NCBI RefSeq assembly: GCF_036321535.1
Contig: NC_087437.1
Location: forward strand, 73,720,001 to 73,784,000
DNA: 64,000 nucleotides
Origin: Camelus dromedarius
Taxonomy: Eukaryota
Direction of reading: 5' to 3'
The translations under genes and the position numbers were made by a program. How positions within the stretch are numbered: the first letter of the stretch is position 1; every line of letters starts with the position of its first letter. The notes under the pieces are model-generated. The model was given only the letters and a program-made list of their open reading frames with translations. It was not told where the DNA came from and ran no database searches. Below, in pieces: positions 1-12,303 of the stretch.

Positions 1-918
1 GAACGTTTTTTACATCAGCTCATTTATATTACAGGCCCAAAAACTGAGGCAGAAAAAGTCGAAGGACTTGACCACACTGGCAGATAATCAGTAGCCATGA
101 CAGGAAATAGATTTCAGCTTTCTGTCATTGAGGGTAATTTGCCATTACACAATAAAGCCAAATTCAAGCACTCTACACAATTGCTGCTAATGGAAGATAC
201 ATAATCTCATTTCATACTGGCATTCAGTGGACCATGCACACAGTCCACAAATGGCCACAAGAAGAGATTTGGTTTAAAAGTAAATCTAAAAATAAGTCCA
301 ATCTGAGCCCTACCTTAGATTTAATCTCAATACAACCCTGACATAATTATAGCATTTTCTGATATTCCTTTTGCAGATACAGAACTGTTTGTCACCCTAT
401 CAGATTTTTCTTGTTTCTCCATTAATTTTGAGCTAATGACTAAAATATGAAGCTTGTGCCCCAGTCTACTGGGAGAGAATGCAGGGAAAGGCAGCTGCTG
501 TTATCTGAAGGAGGGATGCAGTGCCCAGGGCAGAGACTAACCAGGTGAGGTTACTTGCATGCATATAGTTTGGAGAGGAGTCAGGAGGGTGCTGTAGGAG
601 AATCTGGGCCAAGATGCAAAGGATCAAGCGATGGAAAAGAAAAATGAAAAGGGAGAATGGAATGAAGATTGAGAGAATTTAAACAGTGGGATAAAAAGAA
701 AATTTTTTAAAGTTTAAAAAATTCCATGACTTCCCCCAGATAGAATTACAAAAATGTAATTACAATTCAAAATGCATTCGTATTGTAATTTTGAAGTTAG
801 GCAAAAGGGAATGTTTAAGAATAACATGAGAGAAATTTTTAAACCATCAGCTTTCCTCTAAATTCCATATGCCATGAGGAACAATCCTCCAACATGAATC
901 ATGGCTACTCAGTTCTTT

Positions 919-3796
919 GTTTTTAGGCTTTTGGTTTTTGTGCTTGTAGTTTTTAAAGAAGATTTTTTTTTTCTTAGAGCTGTTTTAGGTTTATAGTAAA
1001 ATTGAAAGTGAGGTACAGAAATTTCCCATATACCCCCTGCCCCTACACATGCATAGTCTCCCCCATTTATCACCAACACTGACCAGAATGGTACATTTTT
1101 ACCAAAAATGAACCTACATCATAATAATACATCATATACATCAAATAATATGCAAATATACAAATAATAATAGTACATCATATGCATCAAATAATATACA
1201 TCATAATCAGCCATAGTCCATTGTTTAGAGTTCACTCTTGGTGTTGTAGACTCCATGGGTTTGGACAAATGTACAATGCCATATATCCATTATTAGAATA
1301 TCATACAGAGTACTTTCAGCACTTAAAAATCAGTGCCTTAAAAATTAACCGCCTATTCATCTCTCTGCCTGTTCATCTCTCTTCCCACTCCTACCCTGGC
1401 AACCACTGATCTTTTTTACTATCTCCATGGTTTTGCCTTTCCCAGAATATCATATGGTTGGAATCGTATAGTATATTGCCTCTTGTGATGGGCTTCTTTC
1501 ACTTACTAATTTGCATTTAAGGACTGTCCATGTCTTTTCATGGCTTGATAGCTCATTTCTTCTTAGTGATGAATAATATTCTATTTTCTATATATACCAC
1601 AGTTTACTTACCCATGCACCTACTGAAGGCCATCTTGATTGTTTCCAAGTTCTGGCAGATATGAATAAAGCTACTATAAACATAGATGTGCAGGTTTTTG
1701 TGTAAAAATAAGTTTTGAACTCCTTTGGATAAATACCAAGGAGCACAATTGCTGGATCATATGGTATGAGTATGTTTAGTTGGTGTAAGAAGCTACTAAA
1801 CTGTGTTCTAAATTGGCTGTGTCATTTTATGTTCCTACCAGCAATGAATAATGGTTCTTGTTTCTCCACATCCTCAACAGCATTTAGTGTTGTCAGTGTT
1901 CTGGATTTTAGCCATTCTAATTAGTGTATAGTAGTGTCTCATTGTTATTTTAACTTGAGTTTCCCTGATGACATTTGATGTGGAGCACCTTTTCGTATGC
2001 TTTTTTGTCATCTTTATGTCTTAATTGGTTAGGTGTCTATTAAAGTCTTTGGCTTATTTTTTGATTGCATTGTTTGTTTTCTTATTGTTGAGTTTTAAGA
2101 ACTTTATATATTTTGGGTAACAGGCTTTTATAAATTTGTCTTTCTCAAACATTTTCTTTCAGCCTGTGGCTTCTCATCACATTCTCTTGATATTGTTTTT
2201 CAGTGCAGAAGTTTTAAATTCTAAGTCCAGTTTATTGATTCTTTTTTTCATGGATTGTGTCTTTGGTATTGTGTCTAAAAAGTTGTCACTATACCCAAGG
2301 TCATCTAGGTTTCACCTACGCTATCTTCTGAGAGTTTTATAGTTTTACATTTTAAATTCAGATCTCTGATCCATTTTGGGTTAATGTTTGTGAAGAGTGT
2401 AAGGTCCATGTCTAGATTTATTTTTTGTCCAGTTTTCCAGTACCATTTGTTGAAGAGACTGTCTTTGCTCCAATGTATTGCCTTTGTTTTTTTGGTTTTT
2501 TAAAGATCATTTTGCTGTGTTTATTGGAATCTATTTCTGGGTTCACCATCCTTTTCCACTGATCCATGTGTTTAGTCTTTTGCCAATACCACAGTGTCTT
2601 AATTACTATAGCTTTAGAGTAAGATTTGAAGTCAGGTAGTATCACTCCTTCAACTTTATTCTTCTCCTTCAATATAGTGTTTGTTGCTCTGGGTCTTTTG
2701 ACTCTCCATATAAACTTTAGAATCTGTTTGTCAATATTTGTAAAATAACTTCCTAAGATTTTGAGTAGGACTACATTGAATCTATAGACCAAGTTGGGAA
2801 GAATTGACATCATGACAATATTGAGTTTTTCTATCCATGAACATGGAATATCTCTCCAATTTATTTAGTTCTTTGATTTCTTTCATCAGAGTTTTGTGGT
2901 TTTCCTCAAATAGATCTTGTATGTGTTTTGTTAGCACTATACTTAAGAATTTAATTTGGGGGGATGCTAATGTAAATGGTAGTATGTTTTTAATTTCAAA
3001 TTACACTTGTTCATTGTTGGTATATAGGAAAGCAATTGACTTCTTTATATTAACTCTGTATTCTGAAACCTTGCTATAATCACTTATTAATCCGAGAAGT
3101 GGGTTGGTTTTTTTTTTGTCAGTTCTTTTGGATTTTCTACATAGATAACCATGTCATCTATGAACCAAGAAAGTTTTATGTTCCATCCCAATCTGTGTAC
3201 CTTTTATTGCCTTATTGAATAAGCAAGGCCTTTTAGCATGATGTTGGAAAGGAGTGGTAAGAGGGGAAATTCTTGCCTTCTACATGATCTTAGTGAGACA
3301 GATTTGAGTTTCTCACCATTAAGTATCATGTTAGCTGCAGAGTATTTAAAGATAGCCTATATCAAGTTGAGAAATTTTACCTCTATTCATAATTTACTGA
3401 GAGTTCTTAACATGAATTGGGTTTTGTCAAATGCTTTTTTTGCATCTGTTGATATGGTCATGTGATTTTTCTTTTTGTGTGTCCATTGATGAGACAGATA
3501 ACATTAATTGATTTTCAAAAGTCCAATCAGCCTTGCATACCTGAGATAGTTCCCTCTTGGTTGTACTATATTATTCTTTTTACATATTGTTGGATTTGAT
3601 TTGCTAATACTTTGTTGAGGATTTTTCCACTTATGTTCATAAGAGATATTAATTAGCAGTATTCTTTTATTCTAATGTTTTAGTCTGGTTTTAGTATTAG
3701 GGTAAGACTAGCCTCATAGAATAAGTTGGAAATTATTTTTTCTGCTCTCATCCTCTGAAAGAGATTGTGGAGAATTGGTATAATTTCTTTCTTAAA
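919..3796 (-). mobile_element. 5'-truncated LINE-1 (L1MC1-like 3' UTR plus decayed ORF2 C-terminal part)
   Basis: ORF 2418-2813(-) reads ...YRFN...KFIW..KRPR...ILKEKNKV.G..LPDFK.Y.KA.VIKT.WYW, typical of L1 ORF2. T-rich tail at the left end. TSD gctactcagttcttt (904-918) vs gctactcaatttttt (3797-3811), 13/15 identical, followed by AA (TTTT/AA endonuclease site). Confidence 0.95.
1115..1205. repeat. AT-rich degenerate tandem expansion inside the L1
   Basis: tacatcatatacatcaaataatat (1128-1151) vs tacatcatatgcatcaaataatat (1174-1197), 23/24 identical. Confidence 0.85.
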
Positions 3797-3839
3797 GCTA
3801 CTCAATTTTTTAATACACTAACCACTATATTTGTTTGAT

Positions 3840-4000
3840 CATGATAATTATCAGGACCCTGTGTTAAAAATTAAAATTTCCAGGGTATACACTATCTTAT
3901 TAAATCAGATTTTTCCAGGTGAGTTATCTGGCAATCTATAATTTTATCAGGCAAACCAATGTAATTTTGAAGATCTGAAAAATTTGGGGAACAGTACGTT
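3840..4000. mobile_element. MER5-like hAT-Charlie MITE remnant
   Basis: Decayed resemblance to the MER5 layout, ending aatttggggaacagt. Confidence 0.45.
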
Positions 4001-4800
4001 AGAGAATGTTGCTTAGGAGCCAAAATCATGGGCATAAGCCCCATCTATGGAGAGAAGGCACTTTGGGTAAATGTGTTGGCCCAAGGTGACCCTTTCACTC
4101 TAATTGGTCATTGAACATAAAACTATTTGTCATGACAAGTTTATCCCACAATTCGTAGAACATTAATGAAAACCAAATGTTTCAAAATTCACCTTCTATT
4201 GTTTCTCATCTTTGTTTTTGAAGAACTGCAGTAAAAAATACTATCATTGTTGCTACAGTCACTCTTTATAGTACTTCTTTACCTAGAAAGAGAAAGTTAA
4301 ATTAACTTTACAAGCCTCATGAAAGGCTTTATTTTAAGCCATCACACATGGCTAATTAACAGCATATGCTGTGCGGACTCCAGTGACTGCAGCCACAATA
4401 GATAATTCATATAACAGTGGAAAGGGAGTCATTCTGAGGCCAATTCCATTTCTTTTCTAGGGCTAAGAACAGAGAAGTGATTACTGCTATCAAGTATAAA
4501 TACCTTCATTTGTTTTAGTATCTTTATTTTATACCAAAAAGAGCTTCACCACCTGCAAAATCTCAACTTTCCTTTTCTTTTTAAACTAGGCATAAAAGTG
4601 CTATAAAAGAGATTACTGTTGTCATGAAATTAGTATGTGGTTTATGAAATCAAAACTATACCTTATTCAAATTCTTAGTTATGCTGTTATTTGCTATACA
4701 TTTTTGGGATTTTTATGTAATTTCTCAGAGCCTCAGCTTACTTAAGGTTATAATGGGCTTAAGAACACCTCCTTATATGGAGAATAAATGATAAAAACCA

Positions 4801-5228
4801 TGTGTTGTGGACTGGATTGTTCTCCAGTCTTTATTCTCTTCTGCCACATGGTCTTGTGATGCATAAGAGTGACGTACTTCCTACTCATTGATCTGGGCTG
4901 CATCATGCAGATAATCGTGGTGGATGGATTGAGGACAGATGTGGCAATGTGCCAGTTTCAAGTTAAGAGAACTTACAGCTTACTCTTTCACTCCTATGAC
5001 ATGTCATTGAAAGAACATGCCCTGAGAAACCATTGTCCCTTCAGCCTGGAATGATCTATAATTGATATATGTGGGAAAGTTTTGAAAATCCAAACCTCAA
5101 CTGAAAGCAAGGATGATCCAGCCAACTTGCAGACCCATTGGCAAGAAAAGTTAAGTACTCATAAGTCACTGAGTTTGGAGTAGTTTAGGATGCAAGGTTA
5201 CTGTAGTAGCCAAAGATGGCTAATTTAT
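4801..5228 (+). mobile_element. MaLR solo LTR (old MLT1 subfamily)
   Basis: TG start. MLT1-like motifs: gatgtggcaatgtgccagtttcaag, tgtcccttcagcctgga, taagtcactgagtttggagtagttt. Confidence 0.7.
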
Positions 5229-6577
5229 TATGTAATACTTCTGAGGTAGTAGCCTCACACAGCATGAAATCTCCCCCTAAATATTTTGTCTTTTAGTATT
5301 GTTTGAATTTAAAATATAAAGCTATATAGAGGTGGATAAGTAGATCTAATCAATACATATATATCTAATATTATAAGAGTGATGGTGGACAAAACATGAA
5401 AGTGTGATATATCAATACACACGTATTAGGAGCATAAAGGAAGTGGGTGGGATATTAGGAACTTTAAAAGGAAAATTTGGTATAAAATTAGTAAGGAAAA
5501 GGGAAAAAAAAAACCTAAAGGAGGTAAAAGAAACAATTCTTTGAACACTGGAAAATGAAATTCAGTTTGGAAAATGTTTTATTCAGATTTTACTTACTTT
5601 GCTAAGGTACTATGGCAGCATAAAGAATTTAAAGACAGGAGTTTATAATCCCACTGGGAAGATAAGACCCAGAGCCGTATGAGCGAGTGCAGTAATGACG
5701 TAGCACACACATTTTAAGCACAGTAGCAAATGAGAGACTATAGAACCTAGCCAGTGTCTAGCACAGAGTAAACGTTCAGTATATTTTCGACGCTTTTCTC
5801 TTGGCTTGTCACAGAAATACTGGCAGTTTTTCCCCAGTCAGGAATGAAGTTCTTTTTTGACTGTGCCTCCTTAAACACAGGGCCAATATTTTACTAATCT
5901 TTGTGTCCTCGGTGTTTCATATAAAGAGAAACATGTAGAAAGCACTCTACAAGCTGAAGAGAAGAGGCAAAAAAAACCTCTAACATACCTTGAATTCACC
6001 AAGGGCAATTTTTACCATGTAAGATTTTTTAAAAATTCATTCTCTAATTTATCACGAAAGCTCATTTATGCTTTTTCCAAACTTCATTTTTGACACTTGC
6101 AACTGATGTGCTTGAAATTTCTGTTTCCTGATACCTGTGTTTCACCTTCTTGTCAAAAAAAAAAAAAATCCACTCATGTGGGAAAAATCCTTTAAATAAA
6201 TACAAGATTTACTTGATTGATTGATGTACTTGTTTTACCTAGACATAAAGGGAACTAATGAGTCTGGTATTCATCAATCTTGTGCACCTTGAAAACATAA
6301 GACAAAGAGCTGAGGCCTTGCCTAACGTGTATCCTGTGAGATAACTTACAGAACAGTAATTATGATTTGTACAGTACATTTCTCTAAGACCAGGACGTGA
6401 GGAAGAATAGGGCGCAGTCCCTTCTCTCAAAGACACTACAGTCTAGGAAGGAGGATTGGAAAGACACACAAAGACCAAAACACAGAAAATGAAGGTAAAG
6501 TCCATAAATGACTTTCAAGCAGAAACAGCATTTTGCTTTCAAAGAAGGTCCCAGAGAAACCATGTGCCTGCAGGGGG

Positions 6578-6600
6578 AAAAAAAAAAAAAAAAAAAAAAA
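6578..6600. repeat. poly(A) run, about 23 nt
   Basis: Seen directly. Confidence 0.95.
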
Positions 6601-7476
6601 GACAAGAAAATAAAGGTATTTACCTAAAATCACTGCTTAGGTTATCTCAGAAACTTGGCTAGGGTCAAGTGTGGAAACTTCAATCTTGAACGTTTTCTCT
6701 CTTAGTGGAGGTTCTGAGACTCTGCCCAGTAAATGCAGAAGAGCATTCTCCACATACTTTAGCAGCCAAATGGGATATTAACCTGATATGTTAATGAGTT
6801 TTTTTAGAAGCTCTCTTGAGGGTACTAGAGTGTAAAGGCATTCATCTCAACCACCTCTGTCCTGGAGCCTCACGTTAGGAATCGGGAGGATTTTTATCTG
6901 ATCAGGTGGGGAGAAAAGAGTACAAGGTTTCTGGACTTCTGGGTTTGTCAGACTGGAGGCTGCTTTCTGTGAGGCGTGACCCCCGCCTGGATCTATAGTG
7001 TGATTAGATTGAAATGAGGATGCTTTAATATTGAAATACATTATTTTAACATTTTCCCTGACTCCCTTTTATCTACCATTCTTCTTCCTAAATTCAAATT
7101 GCTTATCTTTATCTCTTTATTTTAGGATTTTTGACATTGGAAAATGGAAGATAAAACCATATTTTAAGAACTGTAGCTGCCATAGCCAAATAGATATTAA
7201 CCTTATGATGGGACAGATTTGTATATATGTCAAAACCCATTTATTTCATATCCACAAAGAGTAGAATAAGGAAATAGTAATGTAAGAGATTAAGATAAAA
7301 AAGAATTTCATAACCACATATAAAGGCTGTGAATTTTCTTTCTCTAAATTTAGTTTTCTTGTCTTGTTCCTTTCTGGTTAGGTCTAACTTTAGTAAAGAA
7401 GTAGCCTTGATGAGAAATTATTTGTTTCTTTAGAAACTAAAACAAAAGTAACAACTTTTACCCACCTGCACTTAAT

Positions 7477-8306
7477 CGGTATGTGCTGGATTCAGCTGAT
7501 ACAGTCTCACGAGGTTTTACAAACTGACTGTTAATCATAACCATTATTTAAAATGAAATTATAAAGAATTAAAATTATACAAATTACACTAAAAACAAAA
7601 GTAATAAATTCTCAAACCTCATCACATTTTAATTATTTTACTGACTTCTTGAGGTTACTTACATCTTTGAATGTGGAAATGCTGTTTAACGGTGTGTGGC
7701 TGCACCCAACTTTCAAACTCTGAATTCAGTGATGTCATCTTGGTAGCCTGAAGCAGCCGTAGTGGGAGTATTCACACCATGGAAATCAGCAAGCACTACA
7801 ATAAAGATTTGATTTATTTCCGTTAATTGTCTATACTTAAGAAAGTACCTAGAGGAAGAAATGATAATAATGGAGATTAAACCTAAAAGTGTGTCCAAAA
7901 AAAAGTGTGTCATGTCTAGTGCTGAAGCTGAAAGAAGTTTCAATTTTATGGTTAGAATTTGTACAAAAGTAAAAATTAGTTTAATTGCCCATCACATATC
8001 ACATTTAATGAGAGAGAATTTATTGGGAAAATAATGACTGGATTAGGGTACAGTTCCATTTGTCAAATCACGAGTGAATTGCACCATAGATTGATAAAAG
8101 ACTTTGGCAAAAATTAGTGGAAGCATTCTGTGAGAATCAACTGGCTGCATATAATTTACAATAAATAGTATTTCATATGTTATTTTTCATAAATTGTGTG
8201 CCACGCATCTTTTGTATTTAAACTTACAGAAAATTATGTACCTGTGTATACACACACATTTTTTCTTCCTGAGAACTGCTTGTTAAACATTTACCACACA
8301 CTACTG
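7477..8306 (+). mobile_element. MER63 (hAT-Blackjack) non-autonomous DNA transposon, long form
   Basis: Ends (c)ggtatgtgctgg and tgttaaacatttaccacacactactg match the recalled MER63 TIRs. Internal matches include ttcagtgatgtcatcttggtagc, gtgggagtattcacaccatggaaat and aagcattctgtgagaatcaa. Confidence 0.85.
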
Positions 8307-9085
8307 TAAGAGATTACCTGAAAGAAAAGTAAAATTATCTTTCCACTCAAAATTTTGACTATTTGAATAAAATACTTCTTAACCAAATCATTATTAGCTG
8401 GGGAATTCTTTAACTTTTTTGAAATTGGGAGAAATAATACAGAAGGGGAGGAAAGAAAACATCTGTGGATGAAAAACAGCATTTGAAAAACACTGAATTG
8501 GTGACCCCTCAAGGTTGTGTTTAGTTCTTAACTAAGTGACACTGGAGGCTCAGATGTGAGTGGATTGTAAATTAGATTCTGTACAAGTTTTTTCCCCTAG
8601 TATTTATTGTCTTTCTTATGAAACATGACTTTTTTTAAAAGAAGGTTTAAAATTTTGAAACCCACCTGGAGTTTGAGTCGAAGCTTTTAAGCTAAGGATG
8701 GGATTTGAAGGATAAGATGTCTCCCTTTCATTCATTGGAGGGATGTAGGGACATCTGACATTTGTGTTTCAGAGAAAAGATAATTTTCATCAAAGCCAAA
8801 CCATGGTGTTAAGCAGTAGACTAATTCTTTTAGGCAACGTAATCAATATGGAACCAAAGTAACAATGTTATTTCTTTATTAAGGGTATAAGGGTAAGGTA
8901 TAATGTCTGGTCTATATCTGACACTGAACAACAATGCTGATTGATCTGTCGACAGAAACTTGTGTATTAATTTGGGGGACTAACTATCCTTGACATGATT
9001 AAGCTCTGAGAAGCACTTTTAATTAATGGTATTTGGGGACTAGGACAACAAGAGTCAAAAATTTTTTTGTATTAATTTAGTTTAC

Positions 9086-9593
9086 TATATTGACTATCCA
9101 TTGCTGGTTAATAAACCATCCCCAAACTTAGTGGCTTAAACCAATGTTTTATTATGTCTCACAACTCTGTGATCTGGCTGTGAAACACTTATGCTGCTCT
9201 TGACATCACTTGTTCTTTTCATTCATTTGAGGGGTCATCTGGGTTGGAGTCAGAGGGCATATTGTATCCTCATCTGTATGTCTCAGTTGGCTGAGGGCCG
9301 GGACATCTCTCCCCATAGAATCTTTCGTTATTCTGTAACCCAGCTTGAGTTATTTTTCATGGTGGCTGGGTTTAGTCTCAAGAGTTAAAGTAGAAGCTAC
9401 CAGCGTCTTGCTGCATAAGCTTAGAATTGGTACAACATTACTTCTACCACATTTTATTGGTCAAAGAAGCCATTAGTCCAGTATAGACACAAGGAGAGAG
9501 GAAATGAATGCTTCCTCTTGGGAAGAGCTACAAGGTTGCATTGCAAAGGTGCATGGGAAAGATTGTTGTCACTTTTGCAAACAATCAACCACA
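9086..9593 (-). mobile_element. MaLR solo LTR (MLT1)
   Basis: aaccatccccaaaacttagtggcttaaac, cattacttctaccacattttattggtcaaa and the end ttttgcaaacaatcaaccaca are characteristic of reverse-oriented MLT1. Confidence 0.85.
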
Positions 9594-10344
9594 GTCACAT
9601 CCCCTGGAAAGTCTATAAATGTTGTTTGATAATATTCTTTTATTTGTGAGTTCCTATTGTTGGTTCTAGCATAATAGCAAAATAATTAAATCAGCCTTCC
9701 TACAAATGTTGCTTGAGTACATTAAATAATATAATTTTCAATTACTAAAATATATGACATATTAAGGATGAGTTGTTCTTGCTAATAGACAAGATTGACT
9801 CAATGGTCACCCTGATAAAGTGCAAAATGCACATTAATTTCAAGCCTCTGACACTGTTGATCATGTAAGCCAGCTATCAGTGATTTTGTAGCTGAATACT
9901 TGACAGACTGGAATGTCCTTTCTGCCCAAACCAGTTAGAGGTTTCTATATTTGGAATTTGCCTACCATTACTTCCTTTTCTAAAAGCCAAATTGTCTGAC
10001 CTTTTAAATGAAAAGGAAGTAAAATATAGTGTCATTGCATTGGCTTGAATGTATTTTGAATATTTTCCCAAGAAAATAAAAAAAAAGCAAAAAGAGAAGT
10101 TTGCAGGTTGATGGAGTTTTGAGGTGTGTGGTTGTGGAGTTGCCCTGAAAGTGCTCTCTTTTTCAGAACTCAAGTCCTGTTCCTGGTACTCCTTAGATGC
10201 TGAGTCCTGGATTGCACGCCTGTGGTGTGCAGGAAAATCGAGACCAGGGAGGCAAAGGTCTGTACTGAAGTGTGAAGGACATTTTTAAACACAGGAGTTT
10301 TGATGCTGAGGTTCACTTGACTGTATGCAGGAGGATTTTACTGC

Positions 10345-10570
10345 AGAAACCCAGAATGTAGGTTCTGGGATCAGACAGACCCGCCTCAGATGACAGGTTT
10401 TACCAGCTGCGGGACACTGGGCAAGTTATTTAAATTCTTTTAGTCTAGAGATAATAAATAATAACACTTATATCTACCTTGCTGTCCTACCAACAGCAAA
10501 GGGTTGTTGTGAGTTTGAAGTGAAATACATCAGCAACTAGTCCAGCAACTGGCTCCACTGGCTTCTAAAC
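10345..10570 (+). mobile_element. MIR SINE
   Basis: Core ccagctgcgggacactgggcaagttatttaa ... agggttgttgtgag. Confidence 0.7.
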
Positions 10571-11769
10571 AGCTGAAAGCGACAGTTACTAGTAACTATA
10601 ATTAGTAAGATTAAAAACCCATAACTTTTAGAGATTATAACGCCAAACACAGCCTCAAGTAACTATCAAAATGGATTTATGAGACATTATAAGCCATCAT
10701 ATTTATGTATGTTTTCAAATTTGTATTTTGAATATAAACTTATAACTCTCCAATTTGTATTGCTAAGTAGGATTAGGTTAACAAAAAGGGAAATATAAAA
10801 TTATTGTACCTACTTTAAATTTTGAACATCTCAGCTAGCTACCTTGAAACACAATTTCTGTGTTGGAAAGCCCTCCGCTGTAAAGGGCATACACAATCTT
10901 ACAGGGTTGGGTGAGGGTTACATAGAGTTTTTCACCTGATGTTTGATCCCCTTCATTTCTTAGCGAGAGATTTGTTCACATCCTGATCTCCCGTTTGAAA
11001 TACTCTTTCAGCTCTTCCCTAATTGTCTACTGTAGTACTGTCTAGCTGATGCTTTTTCTTGTTTGTATAAAGCATGAAGAGACTTTTCTGTTACCCTCCC
11101 ATCTGACCTCACTAGGTGTTAACTTGGTATCATGGGAGCTTTCGAAGAGCTGCTAAAATTCCTGAATTTTCTTCTGTTGTAGCTCCATAACCTTCATAAA
11201 GCACATTTCTGACAAGTAAGTTTCTCTCCCCAAGATCTCTTTTATTCTTATTTGTATTTCCTGGTCAATTTGCCCTATAAAAAATGACATTATCAGGACA
11301 GAAAATGAAATTACAGCCACTTAGAAGGTTTCTTTTTCAGAGATAGTTTATTAAAAAAAAAAAAAGTAGGAGTAGGTTTGGGCTTGAAGTGGAGTTTTCA
11401 GTCAATCTGGTTGTTCCACCTGAAGTTATGGACCAGTTCCTCATACCTACCTCCAACCTCCAGACACCTACTTATACGGGTCAAAATGCATGCAAGAGAG
11501 GAATCTGCTAGGACGAAATTTAGGGTTAATGTTCCTTGGGGAGAAATAGTGAGATGAAGATGGCAGCATGGTGGCTGGCCAAGGATCTTCAGCTACTTCT
11601 TATTCAGTGTCTAAAGCAGAAGCTGAGAGGCTTGCTACCATGAGGGAGTCTTTAGTATTTGGGCAGGCATATGCTTAGAATTGATGTTCAAAGGTCCACA
11701 TAGAATTGGAGATGTTGACATTTCCCTCAGTTTTGTGTTGAAATATGTGTGGCTCTTACAAAGGAGGAT

Positions 11770-12303
11770 TGTTATAGCTATGACCTGCTGCATAACAAAC
11801 CACCCCAAAATAGCAGCTTAAAGCAATGATAGCATTTCTTTTTGCTCACTTTTCTGCATTTTGCACAGGGTTTGGCAAGAGTAACTCATTTCTGCTCAAC
11901 TAGGTGTCAGCTGGGGCCTTTCCAAAGCTGGAGGTTGGAATGAAGGTCTCTCTTTTTACACATCTAGCAATTTATGCTGGTTGTAGGCTCAAACCTTAGC
12001 TAGGGCTGCTGGTGGAAACACATGGCTTCTCCACATGGTTTGTGTTTCCCTGCAATATGGTAGCTGGGTTATGAGTGCCAGGATTCTAAGGGGAGAGTCA
12101 GGAGGAAGCTGTATCCTTTCTGTGATCCAGTCTTGGAAGTCACATAGCATCACTTCTGCTTTACTCTATTGCTGGGAAGTCTCCCCAGGTCCAAGGGAAG
12201 GATAAAGAGATTCTACTTCTTAATGAGGAAGTGGCACAATCCCCAAAGAGCATATGGAGCCAAAAATAATGCTGCAACCAGTTTTGGAATACAATCTTCC
12301 ATT
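11770..12303 (-). mobile_element. MaLR solo LTR (MLT1G/H-like)
   Basis: gctgcataacaaaccaccccaaaa..gcttaaagca; cttggaagtcacatagcatcacttctgc; end ttttggaatacaatcttcca. Confidence 0.88.

Noticed and set aside
2418..2813. 131-aa ORF as a host gene
   Set aside because: It is a decayed L1 ORF2 fragment inside a TSD-bounded L1.
8310..8340. Minus-strand ttttctttcag|gtaatc as a recursive splice site
   Set aside because: The donor is weaker than GTRAG, it is on the strand opposite to the inferred transcript, and such motifs are expected by chance.
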